A DNA stretch of 64,000 nt from a bacterium (GCA_043719295.1 JAYSUD010000001.1:189799-253798); one strand, 5' to 3'. Numbered from the stretch's first letter, positions 26,322-37,222 are shown. The notes: generated by a model not told the origin, from the letters alone. Program-made: numbers and translations.

Positions 26322-27257
26322 CTACTCAACAATAGGGTTTATAATACTTCCGAAAGATTCACTTGTTTCTTTTGCATATGCCTCTATTCTTTGTTTGTAG
26401 TATGGAGGGAATTGTTTTTGAATCTGTCCGATGAAGTAGTACCCAATAGCCATCATAGCTCCGTAATCGACATCAGTAGGGAGCGTTATAGTAAGACGAT
26501 GTTCAGGGTTACCAAAGACCGTATTAGGCTCACCAAAGCTTACAAACAACTCTCTGTTGCCTTGAATAACGGTTTTTGCATGTTTAGTTTGTTCAAAGGT
26601 AAACACGCGTGCCATAAGCTTTGGTCCAAAGAGTTCATCAAACTTTGTCTTAAACATCTCGCGAACTTCAGTAAATTCGTCAGGAACCGTCAAGTAAAAC
26701 GCATCATACGATGCGAGATTGTGCGGCACTGCCGGTACAACGTGTTCGTATATAAATGTAAGAATTTCTTTTGGGTCTTCACTTGTCTTAGAAAGAATCA
26801 TTCCTAAGTACGTTGAAGTGTTGTACGTATACGGTTCACGATTTTTTGGAAATACGTGAACTGAAGAAGGTGGAAGCAGTTCCCGTGCAGGAGCATTTTC
26901 ATTGTTAGTTAATAGTTCAAAAGGGAGCGCACGTTGTGCAAGTGCATTCCCAATCTCAATTGCATGTTTTCCTCCAGATGCAGAAATCAAAAAAGCACCA
27001 TCAATTGATGGAATATTTGCTAACTTAGCTACGTATGAAGACTCGTCAGCAAAAACAGCATCAACATCATCAAACAATAGCTTCCCCGTAACCGCCGCAT
27101 TACCACTTCCTACTACCAACGGACGTTTAAACTGTGTCAAATCAACTTCTGGTAGCTCTACTGTTTGGAATAGTTCAAGTGCCCCAAAGACTACAGTATC
27201 CAAATCAGGAAGCGTATCTTTGGTAAACGTTTTTAGAATTTCAGTATTTTCTTGCAT
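26322..27257 (-). CDS. SIS-domain sugar-phosphate isomerase-like protein
   Basis: VVGSGNA and ISASGG motifs; next to ROK kinase. Confidence 0.55.
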   Translation of the reverse strand: MQENTEILKTFTKDTLPDLDTVVFGALELFQTVELPEVDLTQFKRPLVVGSGNAAVTGKLLFDDVDAVFADESSYVAKLANIPSIDGAFLISASGGKHAIEIGNALAQRALPFELLTNNENAPARELLPPSSVHVFPKNREPYTYNTSTYLGMILSKTSEDPKEILTFIYEHVVPAVPHNLASYDAFYLTVPDEFTEVREMFKTKFDELFGPKLMARVFTFEQTKHAKTVIQGNRELFVSFGEPNTVFGNPEHRLTITLPTDVDYGAMMAIGYYFIGQIQKQFPPYYKQRIEAYAKETSESFGSIINPIVE

Positions 27258-27265
27258 ACCTATAA

Positions 27266-27948
27266 TTATACTTGAATTGAGTTGTCTTTGTCTGTGTTTT
27301 TTACAATGTATTTAACCGCCTCATCAACACTATCGACAACAACAAAAAGATCTAAATCTTCTTTACTAATAGTCTTAGACTCTTTAAGCATTTGTTTGTT
27401 GAAAAAAGACACTAATGGATCCCAGAAATCTTTTCCATACAGCACAATAGGAATACGCTCAATTTTTTTTGTTTGGATAAGGGTTAAAAGTTCAAAGAAC
27501 TCATCCATAGTACCAAAACCTCCCGGAAAGTAGATGTAGACTTCAGATGCAAATGCGAGCATTACTTTACGTGAAAAGAAAAAGTCAAAATTAAGTGATT
27601 CAGTTGTGTACGGATTTAACTTTTGCTCAAATGGAAGTTGAATGTTGAGTCCAACAGACTTCCCTCCTACTTTAAAGCTACCGACATTTGCCGCCTCCAT
27701 AATTCCAGGCCCTCCTCCTGTGATAATCGCAAAACCTTTCTTAGAAAGTTTAGCTCCAAGTTCTTCTGCTTCTTTATAGTACTTGTCTCCAGGCTTAAAT
27801 CGTGCACTTCCAAAAATTGAAGCCGCGAGACCGTATTTACGAAGCAACTCAAAGCCCGATACAAACTCAGACATAATCCGGAACACTCGCCACGACTCAA
27901 CTGCGTCCCCATTTGTCGCAAGCAAATCAGTAATAATGCGTTTATGCA
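27266..27948 (-). CDS. LOG family (TIGR00730-type) nucleotide-binding protein
   Basis: FGSAR, TGGGPGIMEA, PGGFGTMDE; start may be 27991. Confidence 0.9.
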
Positions 27949-28057
27949 TTATTATTTTACTTTTTTTAGATTGTGAACCTTTTCCAAACATAGAATGAAC
28001 AATACCTACAGTCTAGCATTCTTTATTCATTACTTTGTTTAATGCCCGTGTATAAAA

Positions 28058-28648
28058 CTACCAAGGAATTTCAAATTCTGTAAATTCAGGTAAAAGCTTT
28101 TTATTGTACAAAAGACGGGAGGTTACTTCAGCGTGACACATGGCTCCTGTTAATGCGTTGTGTGGGTTAGGCTCGTTTGGGATACCGCAGTATTCTAAAA
28201 TTGCATTAAGGTTTAAAAGTGATCGTTTATGTTGTGCGTCTATTGGCACCTCAATTCCCTTTTTTGTCATATGCATCCAACAAAGTGTGTGTGTATCTAT
28301 CGTACGATATGGTAAATCAAACTGGAGGTGTACTCTGTGTGCAGCAACTTTTACAAAGTCTCTATCAAACGACACATTTTGCCCAACTAGTGTTCGATCT
28401 GCCATGCCTTGGGTCCACTCAAGAAATTGTGTTGCTAACTCCCCTTCACTCATTTTGGTTGGATCTGTAATTTGTTCAAGGGTAAAACCATTAACTACAA
28501 GTGCCTCATCCATTACATGTGCACTTTCCCAAATCTTGCATTCTTTATAAAACCGATTTTCTGGATTAGTAAAATCAATTGCGCCCAAAGACACAATGGA
28601 GTGCTTACCAAATTCTGTTCCCGAAGCCTCTACATCAAGGATTATCAT
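28058..28648 (-). CDS. DEDDh 3'-5' exonuclease
   Basis: DVEASG, GQN..FD, HNAL motifs. Confidence 0.82.
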   Translation of the reverse strand: MIILDVEASGTEFGKHSIVSLGAIDFTNPENRFYKECKIWESAHVMDEALVVNGFTLEQITDPTKMSEGELATQFLEWTQGMADRTLVGQNVSFDRDFVKVAAHRVHLQFDLPYRTIDTHTLCWMHMTKKGIEVPIDAQHKRSLLNLNAILEYCGIPNEPNPHNALTGAMCHAEVTSRLLYNKKLLPEFTEFEIPW

Positions 28649-28745
28649 AAAATAACTATATCATGTACAGGATAATTGATTACTTGATAGAATCTCTAAG
28701 CTCGTATATACTATATGATATTATCATATGTAATTATCATACTTT

Positions 28746-28952
28746 ATGACTACCCTTTCAATCCCCCTTTCACCTGAGCTTGCACTGTTTGTAGAAAAGA
28801 CGATACAAGAAACAGGACTCACACGTGCTGATATTGTACGACAGGCACTAAAACTCTATGCTGAAGAACAAGCAGTACGAAAAATTCTCCTAGCTTCTTC
28901 TGAACCAACTCTTACTGGTGATCTAGATGAGCTATTACGTCAAATTGATTAA
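28746..28952 (+). CDS. Ribbon-helix-helix antitoxin
   Basis: TLSIPL...TRADIVRQAL; precedes toxin. Confidence 0.75.
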   Translation: MTTLSIPLSPELALFVEKTIQETGLTRADIVRQALKLYAEEQAVRKILLASSEPTLTGDLDELLRQID

Positions 28953-28960
28953 TCGTCTGT

Positions 28961-29218
28961 ATGGAAATTCGCTACAAACCTAGCTTTTTACGTGACTTTA
29001 AACATCTGCCTCTTTCTGTACAGCAGGAAGCGAAAGAACGCATTGAACAATTTAAGAACCCAGACAATCATCAGAAATTAAAAGTACACAAACTGAAAGG
29101 TAAGCTTAAAAACTTCTATAGCTTTAGTATTACGTACTCACACCGAATTGTTTTTGAATGCGAAACAAAAAACATAATTGTTTTTCTTGCTATAGGAGAT
29201 CACGATGTCTACAACTGA
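28961..29218 (+). CDS. Type II TA toxin, RelE/YafQ family
   Basis: F..DFK.L, HKLKG, RIVF, IGDHDVY. Confidence 0.87.
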   Translation: MEIRYKPSFLRDFKHLPLSVQQEAKERIEQFKNPDNHQKLKVHKLKGKLKNFYSFSITYSHRIVFECETKNIIVFLAIGDHDVYN

Positions 29219-29274
29219 CTTTTACATTACATGGACAAAATCCTGATGTAGTAGGATAGAAATAACCTTTATGG

Positions 29275-29870
29275 TCATACATAAGACTTAACCCAAGTAT
29301 CTTCAGTCACTAAAGGAGTATATTGGTATGCATTATCTATAATGAACTGATTGAAAGTTTGAAGCCAAACTTCTTTTTCCATTGATACTGATCTGTGTAT
29401 CGTGTGCACATATTCTTTATTATTTACTTTTGCAAGGTTTGTAAGTAATTTTGGAATTAAACCGTACACGTGTATTCCAACACCTTTAGGTAATAAGGAA
29501 TCGTGATGTGTACTATTTCTTTTTCGTACATCACTCGATATTTGTACGACTCCATTTTTTTGATCTTTAAAGAAAAGTTCAAGACAGAGCACATCACGAG
29601 GATCCCCTACAAGTATCTGTACACTGACTTGAAATCTTCCTTGTTCTATGATGATAATTTTACACGGAAAAGACAATCTTTCATTGTCGAATTTTAGCTC
29701 ACCAACACCAGCAGTTCTTGTTATTACTTCTCCGCTTAGGTCAACATCTGACTCTGATACTAAGAACAGTATATCAGCGTAATCTTCAAAATAGAACCTG
29801 ATTATTGATTTTATACTATCAATTTCAGTTATTTTTTCAGCCTTAACTGAAACGCCTGGTTCTTTCATCA
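29275..29870 (-). CDS. Hypothetical protein
   Basis: About 200-aa AT-rich ORF; start uncertain. Confidence 0.55.
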
Positions 29871-29895
29871 TATATATATTAGTATTATTTATAAC

Positions 29896-30558
29896 ATGAC
29901 TGTAGAAATTGAAAAATCGTGGAAAGCTCATCTTCACAATGAGTTTGAGCAAGAGTATTTTAAAAAACTCTCGCTTTTAGTACGAAATGCGTATCTTAAT
30001 GGAACCGTGTTCCCTCCTCCACAACAAGTCTTTAACGCATTTACAAAATGTCCGTTTGAAGATGTGCAGGTTGTAATCTTAGGACAAGATCCGTACCATG
30101 GACCACACCAAGCCCACGGACTTTCTTTTTCAGTACCAAACGGAGTTCCACTTCCTCCGTCACTTCAAAATATTTACAAAGAGCTTGAGAAAGATCTTGG
30201 TATAGAAATTCCAAAGTCAGGCAATCTTGAACGTTGGGCAGAACAAGGGGTACTCCTTCTCAATGCAACACTAACCGTTGAAGCGGGCAAAGCTGGGTCT
30301 CATCAAGGACTTGGTTGGGAACAGTTTACTGATGCGGTGATTAAAAAAATTGGAGAAGAAAAAGAACATGTGGTTTTTTTGCTCTGGGGTAAATATGCGC
30401 AAGAAAAAGGAGCACATATTGATACAACCAAGCACTTAGTCTTAGCCGCCGCCCACCCTTCCCCATTTTCTGCGTACAACGGCTTTTTCGGTTGCCGCCA
30501 TTTCAGCAAGACCAATATGTATCTAAAAAAACAAAAAATGCTACCCATTAATTGGTAG
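29896..30558 (+). CDS. ung: Uracil-DNA glycosylase family 1
   Basis: GQDPYH, PPSL.NI, VLLLN, HPSP. Confidence 0.96.
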   Translation: MTVEIEKSWKAHLHNEFEQEYFKKLSLLVRNAYLNGTVFPPPQQVFNAFTKCPFEDVQVVILGQDPYHGPHQAHGLSFSVPNGVPLPPSLQNIYKELEKDLGIEIPKSGNLERWAEQGVLLLNATLTVEAGKAGSHQGLGWEQFTDAVIKKIGEEKEHVVFLLWGKYAQEKGAHIDTTKHLVLAAAHPSPFSAYNGFFGCRHFSKTNMYLKKQKMLPINW

Positions 30559-31282
30559 CACTAAGTTTTGCTGATTGTTGTATAAGTTGAAGTAATTCAA
30601 GCAGCTCTGAATCTTGGATTTTGGTACTATCGAGTTTATCTATAGGGAGTGAGTTTTCAAAATCAAAATCTTCTCCTGCTGCACTAAACAGTGGATTGCT
30701 ACCATCTTGATTACAAGTTATTTTGATACCTTTACTCCATTTTAAAACAAGTTCGTTAATTGGCGTGAAGTACCCTTCAGGAAGACCTTCTTCGTCATCC
30801 TTCATTTTGTTAAAAACTGATTCTGATATACCTGGAAAAACAAGTACTTCTTTCTCTTCACCATAGCGTAAACTCAATGCCAGACTTATGCTTCTGATTT
30901 TATCTACAACCTGCTCCTTATTTTGAATACTTTCAGGACTTGCAGTTATTGGTAAATTATTATGATATGCAAGTACTCCATCAATAAAAGATGGCCAGGA
31001 TTCTTCTTGTAAAATTGTATTATCAGCAAGTAGTAGTTGCGGAAGTGTTGCGACACCAGACTCCAAGACGGTTTTCATTGTGGCTGCAATTTCTATCCAT
31101 GAAGATTTTTGGGGTAGCTTTAATATAGAAGCTATACTATCTCGCATCTTCCAGAATAAAGTTGCAAGTTCAGTCTCCGACAAGGATTCATCACTCCGTA
31201 ACATCCGTGCAAAACGGTGAAATGAAGTCTTTGGTGTTTCTGATATTACTTCTTGTGAGGTTGGTTTAATTGTTTCTGTCAT
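30548..31282 (-). CDS. Hypothetical protein
   Basis: 244-aa ORF without recognised motif. Confidence 0.6.
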   Translation of the reverse strand: MTETIKPTSQEVISETPKTSFHRFARMLRSDESLSETELATLFWKMRDSIASILKLPQKSSWIEIAATMKTVLESGVATLPQLLLADNTILQEESWPSFIDGVLAYHNNLPITASPESIQNKEQVVDKIRSISLALSLRYGEEKEVLVFPGISESVFNKMKDDEEGLPEGYFTPINELVLKWSKGIKITCNQDGSNPLFSAAGEDFDFENSLPIDKLDSTKIQDSELLELLQLIQQSAKLSATN

Positions 31283-31306
31283 ATATCAAAAGTATATCAG
31301 AGACAT

Positions 31307-31768
31307 TTAGATTCCTTTACAGTTACTTGCTGGTGAGTACCCACTCTTCATCGCATCTTCTTTTGAAGCGAAAAAGAGCTTATTTTCTTCACTTATTTGC
31401 TTGGCGCCAGGGCATGAAAGTAAGTGGTACTTTGTTCCCTTCCTTGAGCCAACAAACGCTGCATTTTCTGCAGTTATTGGTGTGGGTGCAACAACAGACG
31501 TATTGGCTACTTTTTCTTGTTCTGCGGGGTTTTTTGAACTTGTAGAAGCTGTTTTAGAGTTAGGATTACCTCCGATTGCACCAAGTGAAGCACTCTGGTT
31601 AACAGTAATTGCACCTGGCACTGCTTTTTCTAAAGAAGTAGTCATTGACCACCTTCCAAGCCCAAAAGAGATGACGCCAACAAGTAGAATGATAGTCCCG
31701 TAGTAGAAACCATCGTCTTTGAGTACATACTTGAATTTATCCCACATTTCTTGTATACTATCGGCCAT
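31307..31768 (-). CDS. Membrane protein with C-terminal Ada-like metal-binding domain
   Basis: TM helix; FVGS..GTKYH...C.....I...N...F.S...A...GY.P...C. Confidence 0.75.
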   Translation of the reverse strand: MADSIQEMWDKFKYVLKDDGFYYGTIILLVGVISFGLGRWSMTTSLEKAVPGAITVNQSASLGAIGGNPNSKTASTSSKNPAEQEKVANTSVVAPTPITAENAAFVGSRKGTKYHLLSCPGAKQISEENKLFFASKEDAMKSGYSPASNCKGI

Positions 31769-31796
31769 TAACGCATATTTATTATAACGCACTTGT

Positions 31797-32081
31797 ATGT
31801 CAACAAAGAAAGCTGGAGGAACAGCCAAAAACCTGACCGATTCCAAGCCAAAGTATCTTGGAGTCAAAAAAGCTGATGGGCAGTTTGTAAAAACTGGTCA
31901 AATTATCGTACGTCAACGAGGAACAAAGATTGAAGCAGGAAAGAACGTAAAAGTTGGAACTGACCACACACTCTTTGCTATGACTGAAGGAAAAGTGTCA
32001 TTCAAGAATATCCGAAAAACTCGTTTTGATGGAAAAGTGCTCTCAAAGAAAGCGGTTGATGTTATTGCAGTTGCTGCATAA
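31797..32081 (+). CDS. rpmA: 50S ribosomal protein L27
   Basis: [24 protein letters not shown]. Confidence 0.97.
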   Translation: MSTKKAGGTAKNLTDSKPKYLGVKKADGQFVKTGQIIVRQRGTKIEAGKNVKVGTDHTLFAMTEGKVSFKNIRKTRFDGKVLSKKAVDVIAVAA

Positions 32082-32089
32082 CGCATATC

Positions 32090-32137
32090 AAAGGCACAAA
32101 AAAATCGCTTCCTTAGAAGCGATTTTTTTGTGCCTTT
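32090..32137. terminator. Perfect 22-bp hairpin terminator after rpmA
   Basis: AAAGGCACAAAAAAATCGCTTC/GAAGCGATTTTTTTGTGCCTTT. Confidence 0.8.
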
Positions 32138-32146
32138 GTTTTTAAA

Positions 32147-32278
32147 TAGACATCTTTCAAAAGTGAGTGTAGGTGTGTTGGTTGGAAAGATTTTAACGAT
32201 AGAGCCGTATATTGGTATACGGTGACAGAGGCAAAATCTTGAAACCAATACAGATAGACCACTTTTGAAAGAAGTCTA
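32147..32278 (+). repeat. Family A-related palindromic element A8 (rearranged variant)
   Basis: TAGACATCTTTCAAAAGTG/CACTTTTGAAAGAAGTCTA ends, core GAGCCGTATA-ttgg-TATACGGTGA, AACGA and GAGGC swapped. Confidence 0.75.
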
Positions 32279-32280
32279 AA

Positions 32281-33000
32281 TTACTCAGTTACTTCTCTCT
32301 GGATAGTAACCGATTCAATTACTACTGGTTCTGTTGGCAAATCGTTTGGTCCTGTCTGAACAGATTCAATTGCATCGACGATATCGAGTCCTTTAACAAC
32401 ATGACCAAACACTGGGTGCTTAGAGTCATTTGGATCTGGAACGTTAAAGTCTAATCTGCTGTTATCTCCTACGTTGATAAAGAATTGACTTCCTCCTGAG
32501 TTTGGCTGCCCTGTGTTCGCCATTGCAATTGAGCCACGAACGTTTGAAAGATTATCCGCTGCTACGAACTCATCTTGAATAGTGTATCCAGGTCCTCCTT
32601 GCCCATAACTTGATGTGTTTTCAGTTTTTGAGTTTGGATCTCCACCTTGGATCATAAATCCATCAATTACGCGGTGAAACTTTGTTCCGTTATAAAATCC
32701 TGATTCTGCGAGCTTTACAAAGTTACCAACAGTAATAGGCATCTGATCTTCAAAAAGTTCTAGTTCGAATGTTCCCTCACTTGTTTTAAATATTGCTTTT
32801 GGGTTCATGGTGTTTTTTGTTACTTGATTATCTGCTTTAAGTGCTTCAGGAGAAAGTGGAGCATCAAGCTCTTGTGTTTCATCTAAAAGCGGAAGCTCTG
32901 TTGATGTCGACTTACCACCAATCCACAACGACAATCCAACAACCAACACTGCACACACAAGGAATAGTAAGGTGACACTTTTGATATTAGTAGGATTCAT
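32281..33000 (-). CDS. Cyclophilin-type peptidyl-prolyl isomerase, membrane-anchored
   Basis: FHRVIDGFMIQGGDP, AMAN.G.PNSGGSQFFI, H.VFG. Confidence 0.93.
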   Translation of the reverse strand: MNPTNIKSVTLLFLVCAVLVVGLSLWIGGKSTSTELPLLDETQELDAPLSPEALKADNQVTKNTMNPKAIFKTSEGTFELELFEDQMPITVGNFVKLAESGFYNGTKFHRVIDGFMIQGGDPNSKTENTSSYGQGGPGYTIQDEFVAADNLSNVRGSIAMANTGQPNSGGSQFFINVGDNSRLDFNVPDPNDSKHPVFGHVVKGLDIVDAIESVQTGPNDLPTEPVVIESVTIQREVTE

Positions 33001-33011
33001 ACAAACGGTTG

Positions 33012-33461
33012 TTATTTAGATTTTGGAATAAGTGTGATAGTAACTTCCCCTTTTTTACTTTCTAAGTGAAGCTCGATTTGATGTGCACCGAGTGTCTTGA
33101 TTGGATGCGCAATGCCCACATGTGAAGCCTCGATAGCACCATCAGCATGCTTGTTTATTGCCTCTACAACAGCATCCACTTTAAGTGATTGAAACATTGT
33201 CCCTTCCACATTAGCTTCAACTTCTATAGTAACTTCCTTTCCCTCAAGTGACTTCAAAAGTGACGTGAAGGCACTGGCTTCAATTTCTTTGTTCTGTGCG
33301 AGTGTCGCTGTGACATGTGCTATCTTTTTCATGTTTTCTGCTGTTGCAGCCTGTGCAAAACCTTTTGGAATAAGCTTATTTAAAGCAAAACCATCAGGCA
33401 CTACGACAATTTGTCCTCGACGACCAATCTTAGCAACATCTTTAATCAGAATAACTTTCAT
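33012..33461 (-). CDS. rplI: 50S ribosomal protein L9
   Basis: MKVIL.KDV..IG..G..V.V.DGFA.N.LIP. Confidence 0.95.
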   Translation of the reverse strand: MKVILIKDVAKIGRRGQIVVVPDGFALNKLIPKGFAQAATAENMKKIAHVTATLAQNKEIEASAFTSLLKSLEGKEVTIEVEANVEGTMFQSLKVDAVVEAINKHADGAIEASHVGIAHPIKTLGAHQIELHLESKKGEVTITLIPKSK

Positions 33462-33544
33462 ACACTCAATTTATACCAATAATTGCTTGAAACTATAGCA
33501 TATTTTGATGAAAATGAGGAAGACGCATGATAGAATACTCGTAC

Positions 33545-33853
33545 ATGAATTATGAACGCCCTACGCAAAAATCTTTAGACACTATTCTTGCTTCGCTTGA
33601 TGGTTCAGTTAAAAAGGAGAAATTCTCTATTACTGTACAAAACAAATTGTGTGACGTATTCAAAGAAGATAGTACTTCCTGGACTGTGTATATCGAAGAT
33701 CGGGTACTTGCTGTTACTCTGCATGCTGATGGTATCTACCGCACACTTGATCATACTACCGGTGACAACGCAGACTTACAAACGCAAACAAGGCTATTTC
33801 CATTGGCAATAGAAGCAGTGAGGCTGTCAATTTCAAATCCTATTACACACTAA
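33545..33853 (+). CDS. Hypothetical protein
   Basis: Short ORF; TAGAAT 9 nt before ATG 33545. Confidence 0.55.
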   Translation: MNYERPTQKSLDTILASLDGSVKKEKFSITVQNKLCDVFKEDSTSWTVYIEDRVLAVTLHADGIYRTLDHTTGDNADLQTQTRLFPLAIEAVRLSISNPITH

Positions 33854-33962
33854 TGACAGTGTTCTCACTTAAAAGTACTATTTACTTTTAGTATATAATG
33901 TTGTATAAAATAGTTAGGCAGGATTTCCTGCAAAATAAACCAAGTATTGAGAGGATAGAGCT

Positions 33963-34247
33963 ATGCTTTACGTCCTGGGGTCTCTTCCTTGTCAGAAGAG
34001 AAAGATTAGTGTTGTGGTTGACTTCAACGGTTTTGATGCCGCAGAGGACATCATCTTGATTGAAGATGGGAATATTATAAAAGAATTTTCTTTTGATCAC
34101 ACAATGGTTCAGGGACCACTTCTTGAGGTTCTGGCACAAAAATACGTGTTCCAAACCATCTACGGCGGGGACTACGTAAAAGGACCATCCGACTTTGATC
34201 CTGTTCTTTTTTTCACTGGCTTGAAAGACGTGCTAACTCAAAGATAA
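33963..34247 (+). CDS. Hypothetical protein
   Basis: 94-aa ORF with GAGAGGA RBS. Confidence 0.55.
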   Translation: MLYVLGSLPCQKRKISVVVDFNGFDAAEDIILIEDGNIIKEFSFDHTMVQGPLLEVLAQKYVFQTIYGGDYVKGPSDFDPVLFFTGLKDVLTQR

Positions 34248-34265
34248 CAAAAAACGAGGAGGTCA

Positions 34266-34898
34266 GTGATGACAACGATTTGCTTTGACAAAAAACGTGG
34301 CTGTATTTCTGTAGAATTAACGTACAACAACGGTAAAGACTTGTACCTTGTTGACGTCAAGCCAGATGTGGAGTCGAACAAATTTGATGCGGGCAATGTT
34401 CGTCGCCTTGACGGTAAAAAAGTCCCTGCAGACGAAAAAATCGTGCTCGAAATGCGAGCGGTAAAAGAGATGATGGAATATTTTGCTTCTCGACTGAAAC
34501 CTCCAGTGACACATCACACCGTTGATCTATCCATGCGGATTACGATCTCTTTTGTTATTACAATACTTCGGTACGATACACAAGAGATGCAGAAAGTGAC
34601 ACCGCTCGGAAACGATGATCTGATACTCTTGCAGCGTACAGGGCGTTCTTTGTCCGAAAGCATTAAAAAAGCTCAAATTGATAAAGTAAAAACTGGGCAC
34701 AAGCTTCCTCCATTGTACCTACAAAGTCTTAAGCGAGAAGCACTTCACGTACTTATGGTAGATCAGTATAAACGAGAATTCTATAGCTCAGTGTTGACAC
34801 GTGCTTTTGCATGGAAAGGAGGAAGGATTCCTGCAGAAGAATATGCTGAAGCACACAAATACCTCCCTGGAATCAAACTCGCATTCGATATTGAGTAA
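34266..34898 (+). CDS. Hypothetical protein
   Basis: 210-aa ORF, GAGGAGG RBS, followed by CCCCGG/CCGGGG hairpin. Confidence 0.65.
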   Translation: MMTTICFDKKRGCISVELTYNNGKDLYLVDVKPDVESNKFDAGNVRRLDGKKVPADEKIVLEMRAVKEMMEYFASRLKPPVTHHTVDLSMRITISFVITILRYDTQEMQKVTPLGNDDLILLQRTGRSLSESIKKAQIDKVKTGHKLPPLYLQSLKREALHVLMVDQYKREFYSSVLTRAFAWKGGRIPAEEYAEAHKYLPGIKLAFDIE

Positions 34899-34974
34899 AG
34901 ACCTAGGAAGGTTAGAAAAGGGCCCCGGATTGAAAAACCGGGGTCAAATTATGTCTAGTGTGTACACATTATTA

Positions 34975-35670
34975 TTATTGAAAATCACTAAGCTGTTTGG
35001 CATCCTCAACTCTAAACACACCTATTTTTGTTCGACGGAGTTTCTGCATCGTAGCGGGGTAGCCTAGACGTTTCCCTAACTCTTTTGCAAGCGAACGAAT
35101 GTATACACCACTTTCTACATGAAAGCGTATGGCAATTACATATCGCTTTTTACCATCAATAATCTCCGCTTTATGAGCTAACAATTCTGCTTCGAGCACA
35201 ATCATTTCACGCTCTGGAACATCGGCAACTGTTTCCCCCATTGCTTCCGCTTCACGCGCACGTTTATACATTGGTTTTCCATCTTTTTTAATTGCACTAT
35301 ACGGAGATACAGGAAGAAATAGTGTTCCAACAAGAGATGCAACCGTACTAGTAATTTTTGAATCAGAAAAAACTTCCTCCACTTCGCATTCATCTACAAT
35401 AGGACCCTCAAGATCGTCGGTTGTCCTGCTTTCACCGACACGAACTTCCGTTATGTATTCTTTATCGAGCTTTATAAACTCCGTTAGTTTTTTAGTACCA
35501 CCCTCTACTCCTAAAATCATTAAACCAGACGCAAGTGGATCGAGGGTACCTGCATGACCAAACTTTTTAATTCCTGTTGTACGCCTAAGATCCCGAATGA
35601 CGTCAAACGATGTTATTCCTATTGGTTTATCAATTAACAGAATTTCTGGAATAGTATGAGTGCTTTGCAT
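34975..35670 (-). CDS. truB: tRNA pseudouridine(55) synthase
   Basis: DKP.G.TS.DV, GHAGTLDPLASG, G.YIRSL. Confidence 0.95.
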   Translation of the reverse strand: MQSTHTIPEILLIDKPIGITSFDVIRDLRRTTGIKKFGHAGTLDPLASGLMILGVEGGTKKLTEFIKLDKEYITEVRVGESRTTDDLEGPIVDECEVEEVFSDSKITSTVASLVGTLFLPVSPYSAIKKDGKPMYKRAREAEAMGETVADVPEREMIVLEAELLAHKAEIIDGKKRYVIAIRFHVESGVYIRSLAKELGKRLGYPATMQKLRRTKIGVFRVEDAKQLSDFQ

Positions 35671-35682
35671 TTGTATAGACTA

Positions 35683-36654
35683 CTATACCGTTACGTATGT
35701 TGCGAGTTTTATGACAAAAAACACAAAGAAGAGGAGCATCATAATTCCCTCCCATCGTAATACTTGTTTTGATAACCCGGTGACAAAGAAAATTGCCGAA
35801 GCTGCAATTAAGATAGGTAAACCTACAATCATAATAATTGGTTCAACGGTAAGTGGGGCTAGTAAGGCTGGAATTCCTGCAACAACAAGGATGTTGAATA
35901 CGTTCGAGCCAAATACGTTTCCTACTGCAAGCTCAACTTCCCCATCTTTAAGTGCGTGGAGTGACACAAAGAGTTCAGGCAACGATGCACCAATTGATAG
36001 CGCAGCAATAGAAATAAGCCCAACGGGTACTAAGAAAGCTGTGGCAATTGAAATGGTCATTATGACCGTATAGTGTGCTCCAACAAGGACACCTACAATA
36101 CCTATAACGATATACAATATCGATTTATAATCAATGTGAATATGCGCATGTTTTTTAGCGCGGACATTTTCAATATGTATTTTTTTTGCCTTTCTCGCTT
36201 CAGATAAGAGGTACCACGCAAAAACAGTAAACGTTGCAACAAGTAACCCCCCCTCGATACTATCTACAACACCATCATAGAGCATCACAATAAACAAGGC
36301 TGTTGCAATAAAAAATATGGGAAGCTCTGTCTTAATAAGTTCTTGATTAATATATATTCTGCCAGAAAAAATTGCTAAAAGTCCAACAATGAGGAGGATA
36401 TTAGTTACATTTGATCCAACGACACTTGCAATAACTACCTCAGGGCTTCCTTGAAAAACAGCAAAAATTGAAGACGCGAGTTCCGGTAAGGATGTGCCAA
36501 ATGCAACAATCAAAACACCGATGGTAAATTTTGAAAGACCATACGAGTTTCCAATGTGTTTTGCTCCTGTAAGAAAAAGTTCAGAACTTCGAACTAATAC
36601 AAAGAGTGCCGCACCTAAGTACGTTACTGAAAGGAGTATTGGTATAAGTGCCAT
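35683..36654 (-). CDS. Calcium/sodium antiporter (YrbG-like)
   Basis: Two alpha repeats GTSLPE / GASLPE with GSNV.N. Confidence 0.9.
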   Translation of the reverse strand: MALIPILLSVTYLGAALFVLVRSSELFLTGAKHIGNSYGLSKFTIGVLIVAFGTSLPELASSIFAVFQGSPEVVIASVVGSNVTNILLIVGLLAIFSGRIYINQELIKTELPIFFIATALFIVMLYDGVVDSIEGGLLVATFTVFAWYLLSEARKAKKIHIENVRAKKHAHIHIDYKSILYIVIGIVGVLVGAHYTVIMTISIATAFLVPVGLISIAALSIGASLPELFVSLHALKDGEVELAVGNVFGSNVFNILVVAGIPALLAPLTVEPIIMIVGLPILIAASAIFFVTGLSKQVLRWEGIMMLLFFVFFVIKLATYVTV

Positions 36655-36724
36655 ATGTAGGAGTATTCTACACCAATGGTGCGCCTATATAGTTTGGATT
36701 TATTCACAACTTTATAATAAGGAG

Positions 36725-37147
36725 TTATTGAGGTTCAATACTTGAAGGTAGGTGCATCAATAGTGGCTTTTTCTCAAGTGTTGCTAATTCCTTTTTACAA
36801 TCCTCGTAGTTTGGTACCTCTTGTGCTACTAATTTCCAAAAATAAGGACCGTGGTTGAGTTCTTGTAAGTGACAGAGTTCATGAATAATAATGTAGTCTT
36901 GCAGATGCGTCGGAAGAAATAAAATTTTGTAACTAAAGTTTAAGTTTTTAAGGGACGTACAACTTCCCCAACTTCTTGTAGTATTCCGGATAGCCACACG
37001 ATTGTAGGTAAAGCCATAGACACTATTCCATTGCTGTAGTTTTTGATGTATCAGAATTCGGGCTGACTCTTTATACTGTAGGTAGTGCGGTGTGACACTC
37101 GTTTTTCGTCTTCTCCGCACCCGTACTCTTTTTAATCGCCATTTCAT
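36725..37147 (-). CDS. YgjP/DUF45-like zinc metalloprotease domain protein
   Basis: WGSC, HELCHL...NH...FW; the longer ORF-track start lies within repeat A3. Confidence 0.85.
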   Translation of the reverse strand: MKWRLKRVRVRRRRKTSVTPHYLQYKESARILIHQKLQQWNSVYGFTYNRVAIRNTTRSWGSCTSLKNLNFSYKILFLPTHLQDYIIIHELCHLQELNHGPYFWKLVAQEVPNYEDCKKELATLEKKPLLMHLPSSIEPQ

Positions 37148-37222
37148 AGTAAGTTCACCAGTATACCAAAAAGCAAAGGCAATGCCTTTGCTTTTTGGTA
37201 TTGAGTACATACCCACGTACAA

